DNA of 64,000 nucleotides from Oculina patagonica (Eukaryota): NCBI RefSeq assembly GCF_052425735.1, contig NC_135758.1, positions 25,730,001 to 25,794,000 of the forward strand, read 5' to 3'. Shown piece by piece: positions 25,762 to 38,621 of this stretch (position 1 is its first letter; each line of letters starts with the position of its first letter). The notes under the pieces were generated by a model. It saw only the letters and a program-made list of their open reading frames with translations, ran no database searches and was not told where the DNA came from. The position numbers and the translations under genes were made by a program.

Positions 25762-28700
25762 ATGAGTTGGTTCAAGTTCTTCGTTGTGTGTGCCTTGCTG
25801 TTGTGTTTGATGGAACCGTGCTTGGTGGAAGCACAAGGAGAAGTCCATGGTGGAGAAAAAAATAGCGTAAGGTTTGTAGACATTTCATTGCTTTTTTTCA
25901 TAGATATATCGATGTCTCGAAGGGTCCTTCCCCGGTATCAGGACCATGGATAGACCATGGTCAACCATGCTTTGAACATGGTTATTCATGGTTGGTGACC
26001 ATGGTAAACCATGGTCTGTCAATGGTCTGACCATGGTTTGGCCATGGTCGACCATGAACGTTAAATTGCACAAGGCTGACCATGGTCAACCATGGTCAAA
26101 TTGACTGTGAAACTAACAAGGTCAAACATGTTTGACCATGGTCTAAAACCGTGTTTGACCATGGTCAACCATGGTAGCAAAATGACACACCATAACATGA
26201 AATTACATGGTACACCATGAAAAAACATGGTCAACCATGTCCATTCTTTCATACAGACCATGAAAAAACATGGTCAACCATGTTCTCTATTTATCCTTTG
26301 CATGATTTTACAAACGTTCTGTTGCTTAATTATAACAGATGAAAAAAATATATATATAATGCATATAAAGAGCCCAATCAGTTTACATTTGTAGACATAA
26401 AAACATAACAGCCATTAACAACAGCTTGAAACAAAGTTTTATTGGGCTAACACTATTTTCTTGTATACACTTTCATTAAATACCTATGTGCATTCAGAAA
26501 CAATGCCTTAACGCAGATGCCTTTCTTTGGCATATAAACTAATATTACTTCAAAACTTGGGGCTTATGGTTTCTGACTCAGACAAGAAAAGGCAGACTTA
26601 GCTGGTGGCTGTCTTCTGATAAGATGCATGATAAAGTTCAGTTCTTTCTAGTTTGTCCAGTTTGGAAGTTTTCCTTGCTACACTTTAGCCTGTAAAAATA
26701 AATCAAATGCATGCCCCAATTAACTCTCAATTTGTATTTAAGTAGCTATAATGATTTGGTATTCTCATTACTAGAGCACACGAACTTTGTTAGATCTTGC
26801 AAACCTTTAAGATCAGATAGCACTAATGCCTTGGGAAATTTACAGTGTAAAATCCACAATCCACAACAGTGTAAAAATTTACACCCTGATGAAGCCTGTA
26901 AGCAGCTGTGAGCTAATTGGGGAATTTTAATTCGGTATTCAAATTACTCCTTAACGAAATTATAAGCGGGAATTTTTGTAACGGACGTCACACACGCACA
27001 GCCGAAATAATTTCACCAAGCATATCCAACGGCTACAATGCAGTTCGTGCAAATAGTGTTATGATTCTTTAAATGACAAGCCTCTAGTTCTGTGAAAGCC
27101 CATCTGGTTTTATCAGGGAAATACAAGCTTATTTGTACTCACCGAACCGCTCAAGTTGTAAATGACTGCCCAACTGCCATAGTGCTATGACACCGCAGAA
27201 ATTAACAAGGCCATTGATCAGCTCCAAGAATCACCAGCTAACAGAACACTAGTTGCCTTTCGTTTAACAAAGCACAATCTGTTCTTTATAATAACCGTAC
27301 AAAGCGAAACACATACTGACTGTACAGTTTAGAATAAAAAACGTTCCCACATGCGACCAACGATCACAAGACTATTCAAATCCTCAGCGCCAAAAGGAGA
27401 ATGAAATAACGATAAACATGACATCACGTGGGATAGTTTGCGTAACGTGATTGGTTTCTCAACAGCATTCCGCTGGAAAGTTGAACTGCGGTCTCAACAA
27501 TAATGGCGGCACGGCTGAAAGCAGTTCGAAGAGTCGTTCGAAGAATCTTGCTCTTTGCGATCTCATTGTGGTGAAATTGTCAAGGTTTATAAAGGAATAA
27601 ACGGTGAGAATGAAACACATATCAGGTTGTCAGTTTATTTGCCAAGGTTTTCGACAGTTTTAAGGGTGGAAAATCTTTCTTCATTAACGATGCTGGAGAC
27701 ATATTGATGTGAACGGAAAGTGGACTCTGCGGCATAAATTCTTTATCTAAGCTCGGTATGCAATGCTTTTGTTGTTTAGTAATGTTCAATTTTTTTTAAT
27801 TTTTAGTATTTGAGGTTGGATTTAACAAAAATTGACAGAAATTCAAGGCTTATAATTGAACTCCAGTATTCGTATGAAAATACAAGTTTATTATTGACAC
27901 ATAGGCTTATTAAAATCCTAGAAAACCCATTAATTCCTTAGAATTTCCAGAAAGCTAAAAATTTATTTTGCATTTAAGGGAATTGGTAGAAAAATAGTTC
28001 ACAGTCAGCCAAATGTTAAAGACATTGAAATGCATTATAATTATTATTTTTAATTACCTTGGCCATGGTCAAAAATGGTATTCCATGGTCTTTAAAAAGA
28101 AATTAAGAAGTCACTCCTATAAGTAATGTAATTATTCTTTTAGCAAGTTGAAGCCACCAATTAGAGAATTCTTGGACCTGTATCTGATGAAATCGTACAT
28201 TTATTTTGTTAGGTTAATGATTTGTCTTGTGGACTTTCTAGGACATGGTTTTCCATGGTAGTACATGGTGTGTAGGCATTCTTCGGCCAGTGCTTTATAA
28301 AAGTTAACAGTTACAAGCTAAAAGTTATGAATATGAGTTTTAATCATTTATAAAACACCTTAGGCACCCTTATCAAAACAATGATTTTTAATATTAACAA
28401 TTATATTACCTGACCATGGTTGACCGTGAACCATGGTCAGTGGCCAAAGTGGACCATGGTCAGACACCACGGTCATAGCATAGTCAACCATGGTCAACCA
28501 TGGTTGACTATGAAAAACCATGGTACCATGGTCAACCTGACGCCGGGGTTTAGTATACCCATTATATTTCGTCACTGACTCTCCACGCATTTCTCTCCTC
28601 CTGCTCCAAGAGTGGTGTAACTGTAGTTAAAGGACCCTAGTCAGCCACGCCTTTGTTTTTGTTTACATACGAGAATTTCGGTATTATATTTTTCGCGGAG

Positions 28701-29612
28701 TGTGTCTAAAGGAAAGAGATCAATGTGAAACTGCTAAAAGTAAATAAACCGACTTCGAATGCAATAAGATTTCGCTTCGCCATAGTTTTTTTCATAATTT
28801 CGATGGCATCCAAAATGGCGGAGGATGACTAGGATCTTTTAAGTTCAACTCAAAAATTTCACTCCAAATAAACAAAAGAATTATAAAATAACCTAGTCAA
28901 AAATAAGCACCGATAATTTAAAAATCATTTGTGGCAGTTTAAGACCTCAGTAAAGCAAACGCACAAGGATGGACGAGGATTTCTTTTTAACATGCGAAAT
29001 GTCCGAATTTAGATGGCATAGAAAATGGCGGAGGCTGACTAGGATCCTTTAAGGTGTAGATGTCAGCAGCTGCAATTGGAAAGGAACCGTTGATCTTGTA
29101 TAAAACGTGTCCGCCAAGGCCGACTTTTTGACGCGGTTTTCAATAGCTTCGCCTGCGAGTGGCAATGGCTATTAATTCTGTTTCTTGGTAAAAATTTAAC
29201 ACATATTGGATGAGGTTTTTCGTGATATCACGAACAACCGACAGCGAATTCAATAATTGTTTTATTATACACTGCGAATATAAAGCACCCGCGGGAATGG
29301 ATATTGAACGTTTGATTATGCAATGTTAATAGTACTGAATTGATAAGTGATTGAACTGAACGGTTATCTTTATTCCGCAGATTCAAGAGAGGCGATGAAA
29401 ACTGGGAAGCAGATCACCGCAACACCAGGGATAAAATGTCATTGTCTTCAATGCTGGAGAAACATCGCGGACCCAATAGATACCGTTATGGACCCAGTTA
29501 TGGTCCCATCGGGGGATACCTTAAAACACAACATAGTAACAAAGGAGCCTTCTCTCGACACTCAGTGACCCGATTCGCGCCAAACTGTTTACTTGATACT
29601 TTAGTACTTTAA
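25762..29612 (+). CDS. Small secreted peptide precursor (signal peptide plus RFKR convertase site), 113 aa, C-terminus repeat-derived (copy 2)
   Basis: Exon 25762-25871 encodes MSWFKFFVVCALLLCLMEPCLVEAQGEVHGGEKNSV (signal peptide); donor AAG/GTTTGT, phase 2. Exon 29381-29612 follows TTATTCCGCAG and encodes RFKRGDENWEADHRNTRDKMSLSSMLEKHRGP...; this frame is conserved with copy 1. Confidence 0.6.
25930..28548. mobile_element. Non-autonomous CACTA/EnSpm-like DNA transposon in the peptide-gene intron
   Basis: TIR CCCCGGTATCAGG / CCTGACGCCGGGG, dense (GA)CCATGG(TC) subterminal repeats at both ends, 2-bp TT duplication relative to the empty site in copy 1 (18555-18570). Confidence 0.8.
28631..29048. 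mobile_element. Kolobok-like MITE
   Basis: TIR AGGACCCTAGTCAGCC / GGCTGACTAGGATCCT, TTAA on both sides; absent at the homologous site of copy 1 (about 23195). Confidence 0.85.
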
Positions 29613-29905
29613 ATGAGCTTTTTTTTCAATTGGTTTTCTTTGAGTATTTTACCTTTAAGACACAAATGTTTGTATTTGTTTCAGGTTTTATATTATTATC
29701 ATTTCAACTTTTAACCTTTTGACTTTATAATGACGTTGAGTAGCGCCGAAACGTCGTCTGCTCTTTTAAATTCATTTTTAACAAACAAAATTTCAGCTTA
29801 TGATTTTTTTTTGTATAAAATCGGGACCCCCGTGTTTTCCAAACCCCGAGACGCCGTGTTTTCCGCAGACCACGGGACCCCGGGTCTCCGTAGCCCGTAT
29901 CCCGG
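29516..29905 (+). repeat. Composite dispersed repeat X, copy 3 (partial)
   Basis: Matches roughly 24305-24840. Confidence 0.75.
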
Positions 29906-30291
29906 TAGCTTGTTGTAAAATTACTTGTAGCCAAACAACAACGATCAACTAAGACAACTAAGTCATGTCTCTATTGGGTGTTTATGGTTTCAAACTTAAC
30001 AAATAAAGCACACTAATAACATTAAGTTGCGACTGTTTCCTCGAATGCAACTGGATCCGGGGGGTGGGATAAAACGTTTTCCAAGCAGATGAGAATGTAT
30101 GTGTACATTTCTGTACACATTTCTACACATTTCTACCCCCAGGGGGATGTGAAATCAATGTACTCCTTATCCAATTTCCACCTCCCCCACCCCTGGTTTT
30201 CAATGGATGTAGCCTCACTGCCTTATTTTTATATGTCACTGTACTCCTTTCAAAATATTTTATCCCTGAATGCACTAGCTACTAACAAGTA

Positions 30292-31056
30292 TCAGAAATT
30301 TTCTTGTTTCATCCGCTTAAGGTTGCCTAAAAGTTCAGAGATACTGAAAGTATCATTATCCTCTTCTTTGTTACATATCTCCTCCCTGGTATGCAATTTT
30401 CTGTGTCTCTTTTGATTACTAAACTGCCTAAAACACTTGCCACACGTGTTACACTCAAAAGGCTTCTTTCCTGGGTGAGTTCTTTTATGTTGCTTAAGAT
30501 TTCCTGGCTGATTAAAACACTTGCCACACTGGTTGCATTCATAAGGCTTTTCTCCTGTGTGAGTTCGTTTATGATCCTTTAGATTTCCTGCCTGATTAAA
30601 ACACTTACCACAAAGGTTGCACTCATAAGGCTTTTCCCCTGTGTGTGTTCTTTTGTGTTGCGTTAGATGCCATCTACGAATAAAACGTTTGCCACACTGA
30701 TTGCAGTCAAAAGGCTTCTCTCCTGTGTGAACTTTCTTATGTTCTTTTAGAAGTCGTGCACGACTAAAACGTTTCTCACACTGGTTGCACTCAAAAGGCT
30801 TCTCTCCTGTGTGAATTCGTTTATGCTCCCTTAGATGTCCTTTCTGATAAAAACGCTTCCCACACTGGTCACATTCCAAAGGCTTTTTTCTTGTGTGTTG
30901 TTTCGTGTGATCTTGTAGCTGTTCAATTCTACTAAACACCTTGTAACACAGTTCACATATGAAAGGTTTTCTCTCTGAGAGTGAAATTGCCTTCCCGTCC
31001 AGATCACTGTCAGTTTCACTGAATGACGTTTTGCACGTCTTGTGGTTACTATCCAT
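30292..31056 (-). CDS. Tandem C2H2 (Krueppel-type) zinc finger protein, 7 fingers
   Basis: Seven C-x2-C-x12-H-x3-H fingers with TGEKP[FY]-type linkers. Splice acceptor just before 31083; first in-frame ATG at 31056. Upstream exon not established. Confidence 0.88.
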   Translation of the reverse strand: MDSNHKTCKTSFSETDSDLDGKAISLSERKPFICELCYKVFSRIEQLQDHTKQHTRKKPLECDQCGKRFYQKGHLREHKRIHTGEKPFECNQCEKRFSRARLLKEHKKVHTGEKPFDCNQCGKRFIRRWHLTQHKRTHTGEKPYECNLCGKCFNQAGNLKDHKRTHTGEKPYECNQCGKCFNQPGNLKQHKRTHPGKKPFECNTCGKCFRQFSNQKRHRKLHTREEICNKEEDNDTFSISELLGNLKRMKQENF

Positions 31057-31317
31057 TTCGTTTACTTTGAACACAACAGTAACCTTCAAAGATAGGTAAA
31101 AAGTATGTTATGTTGTTTGGGGGCAATATTACTTATGACTGAACAACGGTATACTCAAAGAAAAGATTAGCAATAAATTAGCTTGGGGGATGGGGGAGGT
31201 ACTCCCATATTGAAAGGCAGTAATGCTTATTAGAAACGTTTTTAATACACCCCTGAAATGGACCACTTCGTAGCGTGTCTTTCTCTTTAATATACAGGAG
31301 CGAGCAAGCTTAGAAGT

Positions 31318-31403
31318 AGCCTGAATTTTAGACGTCTTTCTCTGGTCGCCTACCTTCTTCTCGGGAGCAGGCGACCACAGAGAGACGTTTGAAATTCAGG
31401 CTA
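31318..31403. mobile_element. Short hairpin MITE (TAGCCTG...CAGGCTA type)
   Basis: Near-perfect inverted repeat TAGCCTGAATTT.AGACGTCT... / ...AGACGTTTGAAATTCAGGCTA. Confidence 0.6.
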
Positions 31404-33093
31404 GCTTACAACTGAGAAGAAAAGTATCGAGAAAAGTATCGTATATCAGGTTTTATTAAATTTTCAGCCACGGATATTGCATTTCTAGCATTCTGATTGG
31501 TTCACTCAATCCCGGTTGTCAGCTCGTATACCTTAGTTTGACCTTATTTGGAAAATGATTGCGTTACTGTTGCCAAACTAAAATTTTTCTGCGGGAAGCG
31601 ACAGTTCCATCAAAATGGTTTTGAACAGCAAATTTGGCGAGCTTTATGAACAAGAAATAATTAGCGGTGCCTACAAAAACCAAAGAAATGCCATAGTAAA
31701 TTAAACTACGCAAAACAAAAGGATAGATGCGAAAAGTGTAATTAATAATACTTTTAAACTGAACGCACAGCAAGAGCGAGTGAATAAAGTATAAAAGCAG
31801 CAAATAATTTACGAAAGAACGGCAAACTGACACAGTTTCATTCAGTGTACGTCATAAAACTAGGCTCAGCACTTCAGTAAAGTTTGTTACCTTTCAATCT
31901 TGGTTTTGTCCTTTCATACTTTAGTAAACCTGTTCCACTTTGAGCTCAATTTCGCTTCAAATAATATAGCAGTCTTGATGACAGCCGTGGAGCCGTAAAG
32001 AAGTACAAATTAAACACTTGCCTCGTTCGACTTGCACAAGACTTGTAGTTTCCAGAAAAGGTTTTGCTTCGGATCTTCTCGTAAATCTTAACTGTTGTCA
32101 CAATTTCCATGATATTTAGACGACTTTAGAGAGGATTGTTTGAGGAAAAATCTTCTGAAGAAAACTCTCTTGCTCGCTTTCCTCGTATGTTTCATTCAAC
32201 TCAAGAAGTGAACACCGCGCCAGAAATTTTCGCGCCTCCTCATACTATCACTTCGTTTACATCAAAATGAAATGTCCATTCGATTTTCAAGTTCAGTGAA
32301 CTTGAGAAGAATTTAATAAAACAATTATTTCATTCGCCCTTGTTGGATACGAGTCGTTATAGCCAACTCGGCGCTTCGCGCCTCGTTGGCTATTTACCAC
32401 CTCGTATCCAACGCGGACTCATGGAATAATTGTTAAGTATACAAGATGTCACGCAACTTTCACTGAACGATCATTGAATAGGGAATTTGAAGCTACTTTT
32501 ATTTAGGATACGTTAATTTGTTGACAAAGACCCCTTAGGAACCGTCATAGCTTCTGCATGCACTGTATGCCGTCTATCCTTTTAGATTTGTCAGGTTGTT
32601 GTTGTTCAACAAGAGTTGCGTTATACTGTAGCAAGCGTGACATCCGGTGAACGACTATGCACGCAAACAAGGTCAAGCAGTGTCTTTACACCGGCCCATT
32701 GTATAAGAATTTAGACATTTTGCTTAACAAATCTAACAAGCACTCATCAAAAATAAATTGTCTCTTTCATTTATACTTTGTACTGTTCCTTTCTAACTGC
32801 CATGGAGTGTTTTGCTTTTGTGTTTACGAGGTGATTTCTTATTGAATTAAACTTGATTTCCGGTTCACGTTATTGATCGGCCGATCGCAACATGACGGCA
32901 TCGCTTATATTTCATCAAAAAAGTTATATCGAGGGCTATTTTGCTCTACAAGTTTGAAAGTGGAGATATTGTTGACTGGCTGAGGGAATTCGATCTTCTT
33001 CGATCGAATGGATGGGAAGTTTCAGAAATCGAAAGCCGTGTTGACTTCACACGAAGCAGATTGCCGAATGCCATCGATTATTAAATTATACTA

Positions 33094-33269
33094 CAGTGGA
33101 ACCTCGATTTAACGAACCTTTATATAGCGAAGTCCTCGATATAACGAACGAATTGTTTCGTCCCAGTAATAGCAAAATATGTGGAAAAGAACCTCGATAT
33201 AACGAAACCTCGTTATAGCGAACATATTTTGCCAGTCCCTTGGCCCTTCGTTATATCGAGGTTCTACTG
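33094..33269. mobile_element. Tc1/mariner (pogo/Tigger-like) MITE
   Basis: TIR CAGTGGAACCTCGATTTAACGAA / TTCGTTATATCGAGGTTCTACTG with TA on both sides. Confidence 0.85.
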
Positions 33270-34004
33270 TATCGTAAGCATTCGCTTTCATCGACTCGCA
33301 CTATTGACAGCGACTTTCACATTTTTCTTAAGACTAAGCTCTCATTCACGTTTAACATAACTGTTTTCCCTACCTCAGCTGTTAATAGAACGAGCAGCAA
33401 GGATCTTAAACCACGATCGAACGTACGATGACCCGACAACACTGACTCCCGGTCCGTGGACCCCCAACTACGGACCGGATCCACGGACTACCTTACCGTG
33501 GACCCGGTACGTAGTGGGGGTCCACGGACCGGGGACAGTGTTTTCGGGTCAACCTGATTTGGGTATCCCTGAGTTTTGGGTAAGTCTTTTGGGTTTTCCC
33601 AGAAGGGATCTCCAAAACACTGAAGCCAACTTTACATGGGCAATTTTTATTTAATAGACAAATATATTTGATCGTATAGATGGCACAGCGATTTTTTTTC
33701 AACAGTTCAATGTTTAGTGCGCCAGTAATGACTTTGGACAGCAGAGATACGCACAGATACGCCTGCACAGTGCCCAGTGGGAGATTGGGAAACTATATAG
33801 GGTCCACCAACACGCCAGCTTCTCAGCAAATATATTTCTCACATAAAAATTGGTTAATTAACCTCGTCTTCAAGAACAAATAAAAATGTCACATAAAAAT
33901 TGCTCGTGTAAACTAGTCTTGACAGCGTAAAATACAGCAGACTGGGACAAGTGAAGCCATTCACAATTTTGCTCTCAACCATTTAACGTTACGGATGTGT
34001 ATAA

Positions 34005-34385
34005 GGCCATCCCCTTTTTTTTTTCGTTTATCGTCGTATGTGTTTTCTGATTTTGGGTCGGTCGGTCGGAATTAAAAAAAAAAAAATTAAAAAAAAAAGT
34101 GGATAAGGAGTCTGGAACTAGGAGGCCCGGTACCTCAGCATAATGTCCGTGGCGCCTGGAAACAAGAAGACATGGTTACAAAGTCAACATGGCGGCAATG
34201 GAGGAAGGAAAAATCGACGTCGTGGTTAAACTCAAACAAGAACAGCGTAAAAAGGACGAAACATTATTTAAAATAATGTGTCATTGCCTTCTATACCTTC
34301 TGTATAATTTTTTTTTTTTTTTTTGAAAACGCGAAAATCTGGGTCGGTCGGACGACGCTAAACAGAGAAAAAAAAGGGGATGGCC
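34005..34385. mobile_element. PIF/Harbinger-like MITE
   Basis: TIR GGCCATCCCCTTTTTTTT / AAAAAAAAGGGGATGGCC with TAA duplication. Confidence 0.75.
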
Positions 34386-35674
34386 TAACGAAGCTTTGGC
34401 TAAAAAAAATAAATCTTTTATAGCTAACTGAATAAGTCTCTAGAAACTTAATCGCAAAGAAAAACAAACCGTCTAAAGTCCGCGCATTTAACTGATGAGT
34501 CACGCGCCGAAGGTCCTTGTAGGAACACGCATATGGTGCTAATAGCTAACCCCCAAAAGGCAGGTTGATGTTAAAAAAAAAAGAAGAAGCGCATTCTAAG
34601 AGCTCGCATAGTTCGGTGGATGAAAATTCTAAATCAATGTGCGAACATGATCAACAAGCCACGCAATACGTAAGTCGCCAAGCTGTGAAAACTGACCTCT
34701 GTCGGCTGTCTGAATGCCATCCAAGCATTTTGGACTAAGATTTTTTTTGGTTTTTTGAAATTAATGTTTATTTACTCCGTGTGAACTAACGCATTTTGTT
34801 TAATATATATTTGAGCAATTAGGTCTAGTCAGCAAAGAAATTGCGGAGGGGCAGACATAAGTGTCCGTTGGGCAAAGACTTGAATACCCAATTCCCTAGT
34901 AATATGGCATTCCAAACCCTCCGACAGCAGCCATTTTCTTGTCGCACTTCTGCGACTTTGCTGTCAATTAATTCAATTTCAATTTTTGGCACTCAATTTC
35001 AACTTTTTGCTCTGTTTAAGAATAATTAACGCGCTCTCAGCCAATACCATAAAATTCCGGTTATAAGGCCTGGGCATATACAACTTCGTAAGGGGTTTTG
35101 GGTAGGCTTATAAACGGAGGGGCTTATATCCGAGAAGCGCTTATAAGCGGAATATAAAAAAAAAAACGTTTGGAAACGAGCCACGGGAGTGTTGATCTAA
35201 ATACGTTTTGAAGATAAAAACGCATAATAAAGCAACATTTAGCCCTGTTCAGTACTGTCATCCGGTCAAGGGGGGGGGGGGGCTTATAATCGGATGTATT
35301 TCTTTGTTTCCAGGTAGATGGGATGGGCCTATAACCGGGGGGGGGGGGGGGGAGCTTAAAACATGAATTTTAGGGAATGCATGCTAAAATTTTTATTACA
35401 TCCAAGTTCAGCTTAATTTGTTGCCGTCACCAACCAAAACCTTTTCTCGCCATGTTGAGCGAGATAGCAACGTTGCGTGCCCGTAAAGAAAAAATAAAAG
35501 GTATATCCATTTTTACCCAAAACATATTACTTTATTGATGTGGTAGTGTTGCATATATACGTGAGGCAGTGAATAGTACAAGCAGAATTTAGCACATAGT
35601 GCAAACGTTACAATTATTCCCAATATGAGATACGTTGTCTTTAATGCAAATTGCATTCCTATGTTCTGTTACAC

Positions 35675-35975
35675 TACAACATGAAAAAGTTGTTTCGACC
35701 AAAAAAGCGAAAACGTTTCATAAGAGTATTTACGATCCTTGACAGTCATAAGCATTTTAGCATTTCTATATTCTCTTATAAATATAACATGAAAAGTTGT
35801 TTCGACCATAAAAGCGAAAACGTCTTATAAGAGTATTTACAATCCCTGACAGTCATAAGCATTGTCAGCATTTCTATGTTCTCTTATAACTACAACATGA
35901 AAAGTTGTTTCGACAAAAATAGCAAAAACGTCTAATGAGTATTTACAATCCTTGACGTCATAAGCATTGACAGCA
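35675..35975. repeat. About 107-bp tandem repeat, about 3 copies
   Basis: Repeated AACATGAAAAGTTGTTTCGAC...GAGTATTTAC.ATCC.TGAC.GTCATAAGCATT. Confidence 0.85.
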
Positions 35976-37207
35976 AGCTAGCAGGTAAAGCAAAACCAAG
36001 ATAAAAACTGGAAGCGTTGATATTTTCATCGACTTTGTTTTTTAGCTGGGGATTGCTTCTCCTTTTGTTATTTATCACAGGCACAACATTGCTTTTGACA
36101 AGAAGAATCCCCTCACTCTATTTCTTTTCTTGGTTTTGCTTTTTTTGTTTACTTGTTACGTTCTCTTTTTTACACTCACTATAATAACCTTTTCAAATGA
36201 GAATCGCCAACAGCATGTGTATCAGCAAAATTATTTGTAACACAAAATGTATCACACACTTACTAGTCGATCCATACTTCATTACATAAAGGCAATACTA
36301 AATCATTACATAAAGCAACCAGTCTACATAAGGCCAACACACCACAGTTGTCAAACGCACCCCTTATGTAGTTGTGCGTGTCAAATGTCTCTGACTGGTT
36401 TTTACATGTAAATATAAGGAATCTTATAAAAATATGGCTACGGCTACCTTTCAAGCAACAGTGTAAACTTTTTCTCTAATTGTTACAATTTTCTCACTTT
36501 CTTTTCTTCTTCTTTTTTTTTTTTTAAAAAAAATTTTTTTTTTTTTTTTTATTTTAGTTTTTTTTTTTTTTGGTTGCTTTTTTTCTTTTTGTTGTTAGTT
36601 TTTTTTATCATTTTTTTTGGCTTTTTTTTGTTTTGTTAAGTTTTTTTTTTTTTAACTACAAAAAGTCAACTGGCGCCCGTTTTATGAGGTCAGCGAGAGT
36701 CGCTAGGCGAAACATGGCTCTTGAAAAGGATTTGAGAGGGAATTACGACTGAGATTTGGGGTGAGACACCCAATTGTCGTCCTCCATACAGCTCGTGAGG
36801 CTTTCGCAAGAGCTTATCGGCGATTTCCGCCTCTTAACTTGCACATTAGGCGAAAAAAAAAAAACACTCGATTTTTTTACTTAGTTTTTTTGGAATGATT
36901 TTATTTTTCGTTTGGTTCTGTTTTTTGTTTTGTTTTGTTTTATTGACTGTAGTTTTGTATAAAGCATTTACTAACTTCATCGGGCAAATTGGACCATAGG
37001 AATACTTTAAATGACCACCGCTGAAGCAATGTCAATATGGGCAAAAAAATAAAAGCATTTCCCAGTCCAACCATTCATAATCGGTACGAATTGCGGTCGT
37101 TTCGCCCGATCACCTAAGGACATTTCGCCCGAACTACGAGTCGATTCGCCCGAAGAAGAAGTCGATTTGACAGGACTAATAATATCTTGGTAGTGTGGCT
37201 ACTGTTA

Positions 37208-37901
37208 CCGGGGTCACCCAGGCAAAGTTAACCAATCACAAAGCAGAACGGGAACAATAGATTCCAACATTTTTTATTTCAGCCAATGCAATGTCATGAA
37301 CAGAACAATGAGAAATTTTAACTTGTGCGTGGCAAGTACGTGGCGTATTTGAATTCTTAAACTAACCGCCGGCTGTATATGGGTAGCACTTCAAAGGTTT
37401 CCTCAAGGACTCAACAAGTGAAAGAATTTTATATTTAAGAAAAAAGTTTATAGCACGATTTCACTTGTATGTAAACCATTGTTGTAAAATGACCGATATT
37501 TCAGTTCGGCAGTTGAGTTATTATTTTTCGAAAAATTCAAAAGTAAGTACAACTCCCTCGAGAAAAACAACCGGTATTTGTTTTTTTATTTTTTCTGAGA
37601 ATTCAAATCCTCCACGCAAACTACCCAAACATGTGGCCGTTGCATTCACTGCTTTCATACAGTTTGAAATCAGTTCTAGCTCAGTGGCATGACCCATTCA
37701 TTTATGTAGCATGTGAAACCACTTAAATTTTAAAATGGAAAAGTCGACGATAGCTAACGTTCCATTCACAAAAGCTTCACGAGTGAACAAGTTGAAATTT
37801 CATTGTTCTGTACTCGACATTTCATTGGCTGAAGTAAAAATTTCGGAATCTTTGGTTTCATTATGCTTTGTGATTGGTTAACTTTGTCTGGGTGACCCCG
37901 A
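37208..37901. mobile_element. TIR DNA element (TA target, Tc1/mariner-like, non-autonomous)
   Basis: About 110-bp imperfect TIR beginning CGGGGTCACCCAG.CAAAGTTAACCAATCACAAAGCA; TA flanks. Confidence 0.7.
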
Positions 37902-38125
37902 TACGAGTTGATCGTTGAGTTCAATTTATCACGCGTTTCTTGTAAACAAACTCTGCCCAGAGATACATCCGATATTCGTATTCCCTTTTTGGTGACTGTA
38001 GTAAATATAATGGACGCAAGTGGACGCAAGTAATCGCAAGTTGAACTTGCGTACAGACTTGCGTTGGTCGACCTAACGGACACGGAAGTTGTCAAAAAAA
38101 AAAAAAAAAACATTTCAACGCTACT

Positions 38126-38340
38126 CAGTCGGGGGAATAAGTGCCAGTTTTCACAAATCTTCGTTGAAACACTGAAAGAATTTCCGAATTATTTCATCCA
38201 ATCAAAAACTAGCACGAGCGCTCACGAATACTCCGAAAGCTGTCGCGCATATAAATACGTCATGTTGCTTAGCAACTTCTGGCTCAGTCACTTATCGGAA
38301 AAGTGATGTCGCCATTAACTGGCACTTGTTCCCCCGACTG
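38126..38340. mobile_element. MITE
   Basis: TIR CAGTCGGGGGAATAAGTGCCAGTT / AACTGGCACTTGTTCCCCCGACTG. Confidence 0.7.
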
Positions 38341-38621
38341 TACTGCGCCTTGGGTTGAGCCGGTTGACTTTGTCATGTGAATGCAGAACGAACTTCATTC
38401 TGGAACGAGTTGGCTTGAGCCGGTCGACTTTGTCATGTGAATGCAGAACGAACTTAATTCTGGAAAGGAAGTATCTATAGGCAGCGTTTGTTTACAAGAA
38501 ACACGTAATAAATTGATGTATCTATGGGCAGTGTTTGCTTACAAGAAACGCGTGATAACTTTAACTCAACGATCAGCTTGTATCGCCAAAGATTAGGAAA
38601 CGTTAAATGCTATGTGTTTGT

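Noticed and set aside
25642-25953. 103-aa ORF as a single-exon gene
   Set aside because: It reads through a splice donor into intron and transposon sequence; only 25762-25871 looks coding.
31440-32436. Possible Crypton-type non-autonomous element
   Set aside because: It has repeat-like terminal motifs, but there is no second copy, TIR or TSD in the window to define it.
36490-36660. Phe-rich ORF and T-rich tract
   Set aside because: Low-complexity sequence, not a membrane protein.
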